Part shown: positions 51,435 through 64,000 of the stretch, one piece after another
Layout of the letters: each line of letters starts with the position of its first letter
Numbering within the stretch: the first letter of the stretch is position 1
Assembly (NCBI RefSeq): GCF_009914755.1
Contig: NC_060936.1
DNA length: 64,000 bases
Origin: the human T2T-CHM13v2.0 reference genome, Homo sapiens
Reading direction: 5' to 3' (one strand)
Program-made: the position numbers and the translations under genes
Notes under the pieces: model-generated
Told to the model about the DNA's origin: nothing
What the model saw: only the letters and a program-made list of their open reading frames with translations
Database searches by the model: none

Positions 51435-53733
51435 GCCTCTGAGGCAATTATCGTTAATTCTATCTGGAATCATAGTCATTTATCTCTTATCTCAATTATT
51501 ATGATTTTCTGGAAAATTAAGGGGATGCCTTGATTTCTTTTTATCACCCTTGTCCAGCCCAGTGGCTGGAACATAAGGGTTCAGTATAAGGTTGACAGAG
51601 CATTCAGTTATTGGGGGTGTTAGATGGATAGAGTGATAGAAGTAAAGATGTACAGTTGCTGAGAAGTCAAAGAATAAAAGCAACAGATTCAAAGGATAAA
51701 GGTTTTTTTAATCTAGAAATTTTAAATTTGTTTCCAATTCCAAGTGTCATAGAGGTTGGGAAAAATAAAGATAATTACATTTAGTGATGAGTTTATCACC
51801 TGTGACTTTACAGTGTATGGTTTTTATAGAGCAGATATTAAAATTTTAGGGAGGGTATTCAAAAGTCAAGTATGATGAGGCATCTTTTCTCACCTGTATA
51901 GAAAATGCATTCTCATTTCTCCCATTTACCGGTACTTTCGGTTCACTGCTTTTAAAAAGATATCTGAAGTTAAAAACCATCTAATATGTATAACTCATGA
52001 GGCAGGGAAGGCTTTTCTTATAATTGGACTTTACAATATTGTTTTTAAACATTCTTGGCCTAGAATTAACATACCACTGCTGGGATATATAGAGTATAAT
52101 GCAAAGTAACACAAGCAAAGTCAGTGATACACAATTCTTCCTCATGAGAGAAACAATTTATGGGAAATTATTAAGAACTCCAGGATTATTAGCATCCCAC
52201 CTGCAATTGAGAAAGGTAAAAACATATATTCCCTTAATACATGGTAGATTGTTTAGCAACCACCTACACATTGGCCGTGGATCTCTAAACATTTAATGAG
52301 TGCCTGCTGTGTACTAAACAACCTTCTAGAGTACACAACAATGGCAGTGGAAGACATTTACAATACAATAGATGCTTTCAGCACACAAACATAGATACTC
52401 AAAAGGCTCACAGTTATAAAAGAAAACAAAAAAAAAATAAGAGTTGAAAAACAGCTTCCAGAGCAGTATTTCAAAAACCGCAGGAAGCTATAGTGAAAAT
52501 CTAGGAAGATGCACAGTGAAGGAACACAAAGTATGAAAGTAATAAGAGCCATCTTGGCTGCTGAAAATATTTCTCTTAAGAAAGAACATCTTGAATTACG
52601 TGTTCAGAAAATGAAGGTCAATAAAGATCTTATTGGTTAGAAAAAATAGCGAAGAATAGTCCGAATAATTAAGTCAAATTTTAAAGTTAACTTACACAGA
52701 ACTAAGCCCATTTGACCCAGTTGGCACAGTCCATTTAAATCTTCCTTAGGATGCCCCACATTAAAGTAGGTGAACTAATCACATAACATTGGTGCAAACC
52801 AATGAGATTTCTGAAAAAAATACTTTAAGTGAATCCTCCATTAATGGAGAGTTGAGAAGATTATTTTTAGATCCAAAAGACAGGATTTAATAGTAAGTGA
52901 GATGAATGAGATGGATAAAGGGTACAGTAAGATTAGATTGATTAAAATAAAAATATATTAGAAAAAAACTAGGACTCAACAGACGGAGAGATTGGGTTGT
53001 GCAGGTGATGGAGAACCTCTATTGTACCTGACATTCTTTAAAGGAGGAAAATTAGCATATTCAAAAAAGAAAAAATATTTTGACAATAGCATGAAAGCCA
53101 GAGACCTTTCTTGCCTCCTTGTTTAGAAATCATTATAGCAATTTACGCATGGAAATATCAAAAGGAAGGAGAAGTATGGTGTTTGTGAAAATGAAAAAGT
53201 CTTAAGTTTCAAAAATGCCATGGAGAGGAATTTGGCAGTGGATAGGATGTAAATGAGTACCAAAGAAGATGGAGAAGGCTAACTTTACCGAAGACTAAAA
53301 TGAGAGTCAAGAGGAAATGGTATGTTCAACAAAATGCAAATAGGCAAGAAAGGCTTGATTCTGGAATATATCAGATTTCAGATCTTGCTGACACAAACAC
53401 CTCTGGGCCAAAAGTTTAAGTCAGCTGGAGACCCTTGACATTCTAATTGAGAGTTAGCCCTGCAAAGGAGGTGATTGATTAAATTGATTCTAACACATAA
53501 CTGATTGTATAGAAAATCTGAGAATATTGACCCTTTAAAAATCTGTGAAATTAATTATCTGTTTTTAGAGGTAGGATATCCTTGGCAGAATAAACTGATT
53601 TTATTTCTCTGCATGTGTTTTAGCTATTTTTGACTCCGGAGCATGTTTCATCTCCCAAGCATATGGCTATTCCGGCTTAGAGTTGTTGAAGGGCAACCAC
53701 TATGCAAATTATTCCCTCTTCTCTTTACCTCTT

Positions 53734-54056
<323 letters not shown>

Positions 54057-56624
54057 CTCTTTACCTCTTTCTATATCTTCCATCTGAAGAGTTGGAAGTG
54101 TGAGTGGTGAGAAATCACATGCATCCAGAGGAGACAGACTCTAAAGGACATACACAACTCTATGGAAGGACTAGACTAGCAGCCCAATCAGGTAGTTAAA
54201 GAAAGACCAAAAGTTATTGGTTTTTCTTTAGGGAGATGGCATCAAAGCATTTTGAGCCAGAAGTTAGTGCTAAGTACCTGCAGGAAGGATGTAGAAACAA
54301 GGGTCTTGTCATTTGCAGATAACCAAGCAGGTAATGTGGCAGCCAATAGCAGCAGCCCAGCCTTGGGGATGACTTTACTCCTATCAATGAACCAACAAGA
54401 GAAGGTTAGGTCACCATTCCTGGAGAAATGGAATTTAAAATTTTTCATGTTAACAGCAGTTTAGGAGAATGAAGCCTGTTTTAGAAATTAGAGTAGAATG
54501 TAAAGTATCAAAGTTTTGAACCCCAACATCAGAAGTGAATCTCCAAATCAGAATAAGGCAAATTAAGAAAGCTAGAACTCCTTAAAGTCCCCAGACCAAA
54601 TAAAAAAAAAATAGGGTTGGGTCTGGAACCTGTAATATGATCATTATCATTAATATAGTGATTATTAAGCACTTTACTTGAATCATCTTAATTAATCTTC
54701 ATGCAATTCTATAAGATGAATATTATCATTATTTCCATTTTAGAGAAATTAACTTACCCAAAGTTTTACCAATAATATGTATCTAGGAAGATACAAAATC
54801 TATCTAAAAGTGGTTGACAAAAAATACCACTGCATAGGTGAAAGGAGGATTCAGGACAAGAGTTGAACATCCCTTTTATAGAAGTCCTTCCAGGAAAAAA
54901 AGGAACATGGCTTGGTGTGTCTGACTTCCAGAATATGATACCTCCCAGTAAGAAAAAGCTCTTATTTCTTGTTCTTACTCACCCTTTATTAATAAATACA
55001 ATTCCGGTATGTAAACATATTCCTCCGTATTCCTAATAAGGGCTTTCCTGGAACACTCACGTTGAATCACCCTCAGATATGTCAATTTCCTTGAGTCCAG
55101 CAAGAACAGACCACTTAAAATATTTCAAATTTGAGGGTAATTACCGTGCACAACTTTGGTATATCTCTGCAGTGTTTTTATATCTGTGGAAATGTATTTA
55201 TAATTTATACTGCAGCAACAATAAAAATCTGTGAACAAAATGGTGAAGTCAGTGATTTTAGGATGATCCAATTCTGGTCATTTTGTTATAATAACCCAGA
55301 ACTAGAAGAATCTTCATATGATAAAATGGATGATCTATGAATTGTATTTTAGGTGGGGGGAACTCAACTTCAACTTGTGTGTTAAGGGGAATTTTTTGTT
55401 TGTTGGTTTGTTTAAGAATTAAGAAGTAGCCACCTACCCTGGCTTCCACAAAGCTGGACACCAAAGGGCAAATTATGTTATCAGCATTTCGTTTTTTCTT
55501 TTTCCATCTTTGGCTTGGCTTTCTTCAGGTTTTAACATCTCTCTTAGGCAGGTGTCCTCTACATGTTGGTTATCTGGCAGCTCAAGGTTTCCATTCAACT
55601 AGTGGAGCAGCTCAGCATAAAGTGACTTTTCACTTTATGCTGAGTGCCTACCATGTGACAGCATTGTACTCAATGTGGAAATACATCAGTAAAGAAGACT
55701 GCAAAATTTCTACCCTTCTGTTGCCTTTTCTAGTTCTAGCATTTGTCACAATAGTCTCAAGTCTGAGTACTACTAATACTGACTTGGGTCATGTACTCAG
55801 CTATAGACTAATCATTTTGCCCTGGAGGAATGAAATCTCCTGACTCACCAGACCTGAGACTTATATCCACCCTTAAAGAAGGGAAGAATCACTAATACTC
55901 TAATTACTCTGATTAACAATGAGGAAGCATTATTTTTCCAGAGAGGAATTTGAGTGCTTTTACCAAACAATGGATATGAACCTGGAGGGAAAAAAAAAAT
56001 CAATTAAAACTCCAAAATCCAAATTCAGGAAAATTAAATGAGGAAATCTCCCCAGAAAATAAATAGAACTTGCTCAGATAAGAGAAAATGGAAATTTGAG
56101 TCAAAATAAGCCTCCTTAGTCATCAAATCTAGATACTCCCTCACCCAGTCAACAAGCGCAGGTAGCAAAATAGTCTTCCCATAAAGAGTAAGTTGGTGGA
56201 TGAAGTTGCACTTCTATGGATAACCACACTCTGTAGTCATCGCCTGAATGCATTGTCTGAGGTTTATAACTTCTATTTATAGAAGTTCAGCACTCACCAA
56301 GTGAAGAGCTCTGGGCTATAGATACTTGCTTCCTTCCATGGACAGTAAAAAGTGTGTTCAATCTTGACTTAACCCCAAGTGAGTAGAACTCAGGCTGTTA
56401 GTGATTGAGGCCTCAGGCTTGGTAATTTATAAAATATACTTTGCTTTTCTGTTTTATGGAGGAAAACCTGCCTACTTCCATGCTTTGGAAAAACTGATTC
56501 AAAACGTGTCTAATATGCTGACTTCAACTAAGTGTATAGTAACTGATAAATATCTCCTAATGGAGTTTTATTTTTTTTTTCCAATAACAGTGTTATGGTA
56601 GTTGAATATATGTTTTTCTTAACA

Positions 56625-56636
56625 AGATAGATGATT

Positions 56637-56672
<36 letters not shown>
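56625..56672 (+). repeat. (GATA)n tetranucleotide microsatellite
   Basis: gatagatgattgata(gata)n. Confidence 0.95.
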
Positions 56673-56675
<3 letters not shown>

Positions 56676-57060
56676 TATAGACAGATGTGTATCTATATAT
56701 CTATGGATATTTGAAGAGCAAAAATTTACAGATTTATGACATGGTAGAGCATGTTAGTTACCAGCATAGATTTCACAGCTACACGGCCTAAGTTTAGTAA
56801 AAAATCATGACTCTATCATTAAGCTTCTAAATGTGAGCAAGAACCTACTCTGAGATTTTCATCAGAGAAATGAGAATAAAAATGGTACTCACATTATAAG
56901 ATTATTGTACATATTAAATGCATTAATATTAAAAATTTAGAACAATGGCTAATTTATTGTTGACATTCAATAATTTTAAGGATTATTATCATCATCATCA
57001 TCATCATCACCATATTTAGTATACATTCACTGCAAGTAACAGGATTCTTAAGCAGAGGTA

Positions 57061-57465
57061 GTGGTCATTAGTACTGTTCAAAAAGTATTTCTGACTGCGC
57101 CTGCTTAGGGGCACTTGGCAGAATTGCACTTTTTTTACTCTCTTGTGGGTAGAATTGTGTGATTCATTCTGACAGGGAAGTTGTGAGTGGAAGTGATATG
57201 CTTCACTTCTGGGATAAGCATTTGATTGTTGATATGAGATCATCCAGACCTCATTCTTCTTTCAGGAACAGAAACCAGCAATTTTGCAGGTGCTCCTGCT
57301 CCATCAACCCAGGTCTCTAAGTGACTGCAATAAACAGAAGTTCTACTGATCCACCGTAGACCTGTAGCATGAGTGAGAAATAAGCTTTTGTGGTGTTATA
57401 CCCCTGAGACTTCGGATTGTTTGTGACATTACTGGTGCATAATCTAACTTATCCTGACTAATACA
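57061..57465 (+). mobile_element. MLT1H/I-like LTR nested in an older MLT1J/K-like LTR (~57015-57800, resuming after 60190)
   Basis: gtggtcattagtactgttc...catgagtgagaaataagc...ttatcctgactaataca. The flanks carry old-MLT motifs (gcagctccaaacatcatattc; aaatcttatatccaaccctagaccaatca). Confidence 0.65.
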
Positions 57466-57811
57466 GCCACCTTACACAATAACGCATTTAACTTTCTCAG
57501 ATAAAGTCAAGTAATGGAGAAGGAAGTTCCAGAGCTAGTTGACAGGTTGAGCCAGTAATTCTGAGCCTTCTCTGAATCATTAAAGAACAGCTGTGGCAGC
57601 TCCAAACATCATATTCCCACATAGCAATACAATCAGGAAGTGGAATGGTGGGGAGCAAAGGCAAAAAGGATCTTTTCCCCTAGTGCTCTCTCTTTTATCA
57701 GGGAGGAAAATATTTTCTGAAAGTCTCCTCCAGGTTTCCATTATATCTTACTGTTAGTGCTAAATCTTATATCCAACCCTAGACCAATCAATGACAAAAA
57801 GAAAAAAACTA

Positions 57812-58142
57812 TAAGCTTGCCACATTTTATCATGTTTCACTGTATTGCACTTTAAAGATACCGCAGATTTTTTTACAAATTGAAGATTTTTAGTAAATCT
57901 GTGTCAAGCAAATCAATGCCATTTTCCCCAAAGCTACGCTCACTCTATCTCTCTCATGTCACATTTTGGTAATTCTTGAAATTTTTAAATCTTTTTCATT
58001 ATTATTGTATCTGTTATGGTGATCGGTGATCTTTGATGTTACTATTGTAATTGGGGGCACCAAGAACTATGCCCATATGAGACAGTAAACGTAATCCATA
58101 AATGTGGTGTATGTTCTAACTGTTCCACCAAAAGCCATTGCC

Positions 58143-58183
<41 letters not shown>

Positions 58184-60189
58184 ACCTCAGAAAGCTTCCC
58201 AATTCTCTGAGACACAACAATATTGAAATTAGGCCAATTAATAATCCTGCAATGACCTCTAAGTGTTCAAGTGAAAGGAAGAGTCTTGTGTCTTTCACTT
58301 TAAATCTAAAGCCAGGAATGATTAGGCTTAGTGAGGAAGGCATGTTGAAACCCAAGACAGGCTGAAAGCTAGTCATCTCGCACAACTTAGCCAAGTTGTG
58401 AACGTAAAGGAAAAGTTCTTGAAGGAAAGGTGCTACTCCACTGAACACACAAATCACAAGAAAGTGAAACAGCCTTATTGCTGATGTGGAGAAAGTTTCA
58501 GATAGAAGGTCAAACTAGCTACAACTACCTAATTTGATGCCTAATCCAGAGCAAGATCCTAACTCTCTTCACAACTCTATGAAAGCTGAGAGAGGTAAGG
58601 GAGCTGCAGAAAAACAGTTTGAAGTTGGTTCATGAAGTTTAAGGAAAGAAGTTGCCTCCAGACCATCAAAGTGCAAGGTGAAGCAGGAAGTGCTGATGGA
58701 GAAGCTGCCACAAGTTTTCCAGAAGACTGATGAAGGTGGCCACACTAAACAACATGTCTTCCACGTAAATAAAGCAGCCTTGCATTGGAAGAAGACTTTC
58801 ATAGGACTTTCATAGCTAGAGAGAAGTCAATGCCTGGTTTCAAAGTTTCAAAGGACAGGCTGACTCTTAGTAGGGATGAATGCAGCTGGTTGAAGCCAGT
58901 GCTCATTTACCATTCCAAAAATTTTACAGCCCTTAAGAATGATGACACAGCTACTCTTCCTATGTTCTATAAATGGAACAACAAAGCTGGATGGCAGCAT
59001 ATCTGTTTACAGCATGGTTTATTGAATATTTTAAGCCCATTGTTGAGACCTGCTGCTCAGCCAAAAAAAAGATTATTTTCAAAATATTACTGCCCATTGA
59101 CAATACACACAGTCACCCAAGAGCTCTGATGAAGACGCAGGAGGAGATTGATGTTGTTTTCATGCTTGTTAACACAACATCCTTTCTGAAGCCCATGGAT
59201 TAAGAAGTAATTTTAACTTTCAAGCCTTATTATTTGAGAAATACATTTTGTAAGACTGTAACTGCTGTATATAGTTATTCTTTTAATGCAGCTGAGCAAA
59301 GTAAACTGAAAATCTTCTAGAAAGTATTCATCATTCTAGATGCCATTAAGAACATTCATGATTCATAGGAGGTCAAAATATCAACATTAACAGGAGTTTG
59401 GAAGAAGTTGATTCCAATCCTTATGGATGACTTTGAGAGGTTCAGAACTTCAGTGGAGAAGGTAAATGCAGATGTGATAATGGCAAGAGAACTAGAATTA
59501 GAAGTGGAGCCTGAAGATGTAACTGAATTGCTGCAATCTCATGATAAAACATTAACAGATAAAGAATTGCTTCTTATGGATGAGCAAAGAAAGTGGTTCC
59601 TTGAGATGGCATTTACTCCTGGTGAAGATACTATGAACATTATTGAAATGACAACAAAGGATTTGGATTACTACATAAACTTATTTGATAAAGCAGTGGC
59701 AGGGTTTGAGCAGATTAACTCTGCCTTCAAAAGAAGTTTGGCTGTGGGTAAAATGTTATCAAACAGTATCACAGGCTGCAGAGAAAGCTTTCATGAAAGG
59801 AAGAGTTGGTTGATGCAGCAAACTTCATAGTTATCTTATTTTAAGAAATTGCCACAGCCACCCCAAACTTTAGCAACCACCACCCTAATTAGTCAGCATC
59901 CATCAGCCTTCAACACAGAAGCAAGACCCTGCACCTGCAAAAGATTATGACTTGCTGAAGGCTCAGATGATCGTCAGCATTTTTTTAGCTATAAAGTGTT
60001 TTTAAGTTAATATATGTACATTGATTTTTAGACCTAATGCTATTATATACTTAACAGGCTACAGTATAGTGTAAACAGAACTTTTATATGCACTGTGAAA
60101 CCAAAAATTCATGTGACTCACTTTATTGCAATATTCATTTTATTGTGGTGGTTTGGAACCAAGCCTGCAATATCTGTAAGTTATGCCTG
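57812..60189 (+). mobile_element. Tigger1 DNA transposon, near full length (~2.4 kb), with a pseudogenised pogo-type transposase
   Basis: Left end resembles caggcatacctcgtttt; right end ...gcaatatctgtaagttatgcctg; TA on both sides. Broken transposase frames: MTSKCSSERKS...[51 protein letters not shown]. Confidence 0.93.
58146..58181 (+). repeat. (CT)n microsatellite expanded inside Tigger1
   Basis: tctctctc... run. Confidence 0.95.
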
Positions 60190-62116
60190 TACAAAACTGA
60201 CTTAATTTGGTCATAATCCATCTCACACATCTGGGAAAGGAACCTACTATTCTTGAGTAAATTAATCCCTGCATAATACCAGAACAATTCAGCACTCTCT
60301 TAGCAAAAAGTAAGGAAGAAGAATGTCTATGTAACCAGGAACGTTTTTCATAAGAGTAATGGCCTTCTACAAGACTCTGTGGAATTGAAAGATTTCTTAA
60401 AATGAGGTGCCCTTGTGTTTGCAGTATATGCAGTTTTGTCTCAGGAGAGAGTTTTGGGTCTACTGAGAAGAAACTGAGGTATACTGATAAGTTTCACTGC
60501 TTGTGTATTGTAGTGGATAATGTGGATTTCTAAATAGATTTGCTCTGCCACATTATTAGACAGATGCCTAATAATTTAATGTACATTAAAGTATGTTAAT
60601 AGGGAGAATGTGTAATCATAAATTAATTACCAAGATTATGATTATCCCAATTTTAAACAGTGCTTGAATTAAAATATATCCCTAGAATACAAAATGAATA
60701 GTGGCTTACGTGTTCTAAGGTGAGAGATAAGGGCTCTGCAACCACTTGTGGCTTTGGAAAATGACATATTTTGCAGTTTGAAAGCATGGATTTCAGTTAA
60801 ACATTAAAAGCAGATGACTGCCATGACTATCTGTAACATGATCATGCAGGACAATGAGAGAAACGGCAAAAGAAATTCTGCCTTTCGGCACATATTTTCT
60901 CTACTAATATTTGCAATGCCAATTTTCAACAGCACAGGTGTATTTAATTGCCTCTGAATATTGCAATGCAAACCCATTCAATGTTGAAAACAGGAGCCCA
61001 AAAAGGAATCTCAGGCTTTGTTGGCCTGCAGAATCTTGTAGCTCCAGATTGATTTTAATATATCCAGGGAATTTTTTTTCTTTGTCATTGCGCTTTCTTT
61101 AGAAGGGCATTTAAATTATCAAACCATTACCTTATCAAGCACAAATGTGATGCCAATTCTTGTGATTTCTGAGTTATATGTGCTAAAAATTACATGAGTT
61201 CTATTGAATATTTTTATCAAGTCCAGTGATAGAAACATGTATTTTCTCATGCTGTAGTTCCAAGATCTTTAAAAGGGGTTGGTCAATAACTCAAAACCAT
61301 TTTTTGATGAAGGGAGATACACTACTAATAGCAGATATGCTTCCAAAAGTTTACAAGCAATAGGAATGCTTCTAAAATTTTTAATGCCAGTTACTCTGCC
61401 TGATACAGAAGAAAAATGCCATCTACTCAAGTTAATTAATCCATGTTTCTCATTTGTTTGCCTTACACTTGAGTTTTATCTGAGTAACAATATTACAAAA
61501 TGTATTTACACAGTATGAGAATATTATATTTTACGCAGGGTATACCCATGATTCATCTTTAAATTAACTTCAGGAAATCTCCAATCAAAGCTTCCTAATG
61601 TTAACTTCAGCTCCATTTCCAGAGGAGACCATGTTACTAATAAAAATAGCTTCTAGCAACTTGATAAGAGAGTCTCTGTGTGTTTATGGCCAAGATAAAT
61701 GATCTTAAAGATGTAGGGCACAAAAGAGAATTTTGTTGAATTTAGCCTTAACAGATATTTAGTAGCATGTATCAAAATTCAATTTTATCTGAAACTGAAG
61801 AAAACCCATCAGATATTATAATAAGACAATAACTCAATTTCAGACTTGTAAACAAAGGTGACATTAATCTATTGAAATGTGGGAAAATAGTCAACCTGTA
61901 TCCTTCTCATACCATAAATCAGCATGTTTGATCACTGGAAGCTTCATTTTGATGATTAGCAGTCATGTATTGAGGCTAAATGATATGTTTGTCGCACAGC
62001 TAATATTAACTAAATCTATTTATCATCTTGCCAGTGGTACTACAGTGAGGTCACACTTTTGGTGCAGAACAAAAAGAAGCCAGGAATCTGTTAACAGCAT
62101 CCCATTGTAACATTGC

Positions 62117-62438
<322 letters not shown>

Positions 62439-64000
62439 GAATAAACCGAGAAAGAAAAGCATCTGACTATTAACCTCATATACTTTTGGAAATGGATGTT
62501 TGTGTCCACATCCCCTTTGATATACTGGGTTATGGCCTTGGCGGTGAAAATTCCTTACTGTATATAGTGGGTTAAAAAAGTAGGATGAATGCTAACAAAT
62601 GTTTTAGGATGTATCACAACATCTGAATTCTCCCTTCTGATGCTTAGCATTTTATTTCACAAAAGGCAAGGTTACTAAAAGAAGAAAAAAAATCAACTGT
62701 TTAGATGAAGAAGCAAAATTAATTAGTAAATATAAAAAGTGATTATTTGAGTTTTGCTATGACAATAAACAAGATATCTCATTCTCAGAAGAAAGTCAGC
62801 TAAAGTACACCTTTATTTTACATATTCCTATGGATTACACATTTAAGAATACTAAGGAATAATCATTCTGATTTATTTTATTTCAGAATGACTGCGATGG
62901 TGTTGGAAAACAGGGTTTTATGCTTCTTTTCTTATGTTTTTCTGACTTAACATCTTGTCTGACTTTCAAACAGTTCAAAGGAAAGAGAGTACCAATTAGA
63001 CAAGGGAAGAAGATGAGAGACTGCCTGAACAGCATCACTTTTGTAACTGAGAGTTCTTCCAAGGATAGAGTGTGTAAATGCTGACCTACATTAAATACAA
63101 GTGACATGGATTTCTGGGCATGTGGGACGCCTTGGTAATTTGAGTGACAAATCACATATGGTGCGTTTACTACTCTTTTGTGGCTTTAAAGTTAGGTGAT
63201 TTTGACTCTAAAGCATGAAAGTTCAAAGAGCTGTTAAGATTTCTCTGTGATGTATGCAAGGGTTTTCTTAGGAATAAAAAGTCTAAAAAATTCCCAAGAA
63301 GACACTTATGTGTAATAAAAGCATAAAGAAATGTACAGGAATAAAAGCACTAGATTTTGTGTAGAGGTTACCCCTTAGGAAGAGAGAAAAGGATGCAATC
63401 AAAGGTAGTCATATGTGGCCTTAGTAGTACCCATACTTTTTTATTTCTTCACTGAGTGTGGGTAAATAAATAATTTTTTACTTGACTTAATTTTAATAAT
63501 ATTTGAAAGAATTAAAGAAGTCCATGAGGTAATGTGAAAACTTGTAATGAAAAAGGCTGAATACAAAATTGTATATGCTGGGATGACAACTCTAAATGTT
63601 TGTGTGGAGATGGGGACAAGAAGAAATAGAAAGAGTTAACTTGCTAAGATGGCAGAATTATGAGAAATTTGGACAGAAATTGATGAGAAAAGTGATTTGA
63701 GGTTTTGGTGATGAAGAAAGGGAGAATATAACCTAAGGAAGATTAAAGATTTCACATAAAACTAGGAAATGTTTAGCATAAATCAGTTTCACCAATTTGA
63801 ACCTGGTCTTCCTCTCTGTCCTCTCCCTTGTACTCACCAAATCATTTTACAATCTTCCAATAAGGAAAAATACTTCCTTTGGTATGAATGTCTAGAATTA
63901 ATATTTATAGTTCTACAAAAAAATTCAGAGCTCTTAACCTAAAACAAGTGAAAGTACAATCATTGTTTTTAAATGTTACAAATACAATACCTGACATTAA

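Noticed and set aside
58138-59830. Transposase-like ORFs as a possible domesticated TIGD gene
   Set aside because: Multiple stops and frameshifts within an ordinary Tigger1 copy.

Overview
This is AT-rich, repeat-dense human genomic DNA from inside the SYT1 (synaptotagmin-1) gene, which runs on the + strand. Human origin is supported by a human-type SYT1 N-terminus and a human-specific AluYb8. The only exon I can support is the first coding exon (22187-22369; ATG at 22204). It encodes the 55-aa intravesicular N-terminus [55 protein letters not shown]. Everything else is intron, filled with Alu, L1, MaLR LTR, Tigger1, Kanga/Tc2, MIR and L2 relics plus microsatellites. I found no credible new gene or novel biological system. 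Nearly all other ORFs in the track are repeat-derived or look like chance ORFs. The most interesting signals are structural: (1) a mosaic AluY/AluYb8 element without a TSD, 8 kb from a pristine AluYb8; (2) a ~177-bp tandem duplication that copies an Alu 3' end together with its flank; (3) an in-place micro-inversion between 12-bp inverted repeats in an old L1, ~600 bp downstream of the exon; (4) a ~135-bp palindrome/templated-insertion patchwork; (5) a twin-primed ancient L1; and (6) several closely spaced inverted L1 and Alu pairs that could form dsRNA in the neuronal pre-mRNA. Repeat subfamily names come from recalled consensus motifs, not from a database run.
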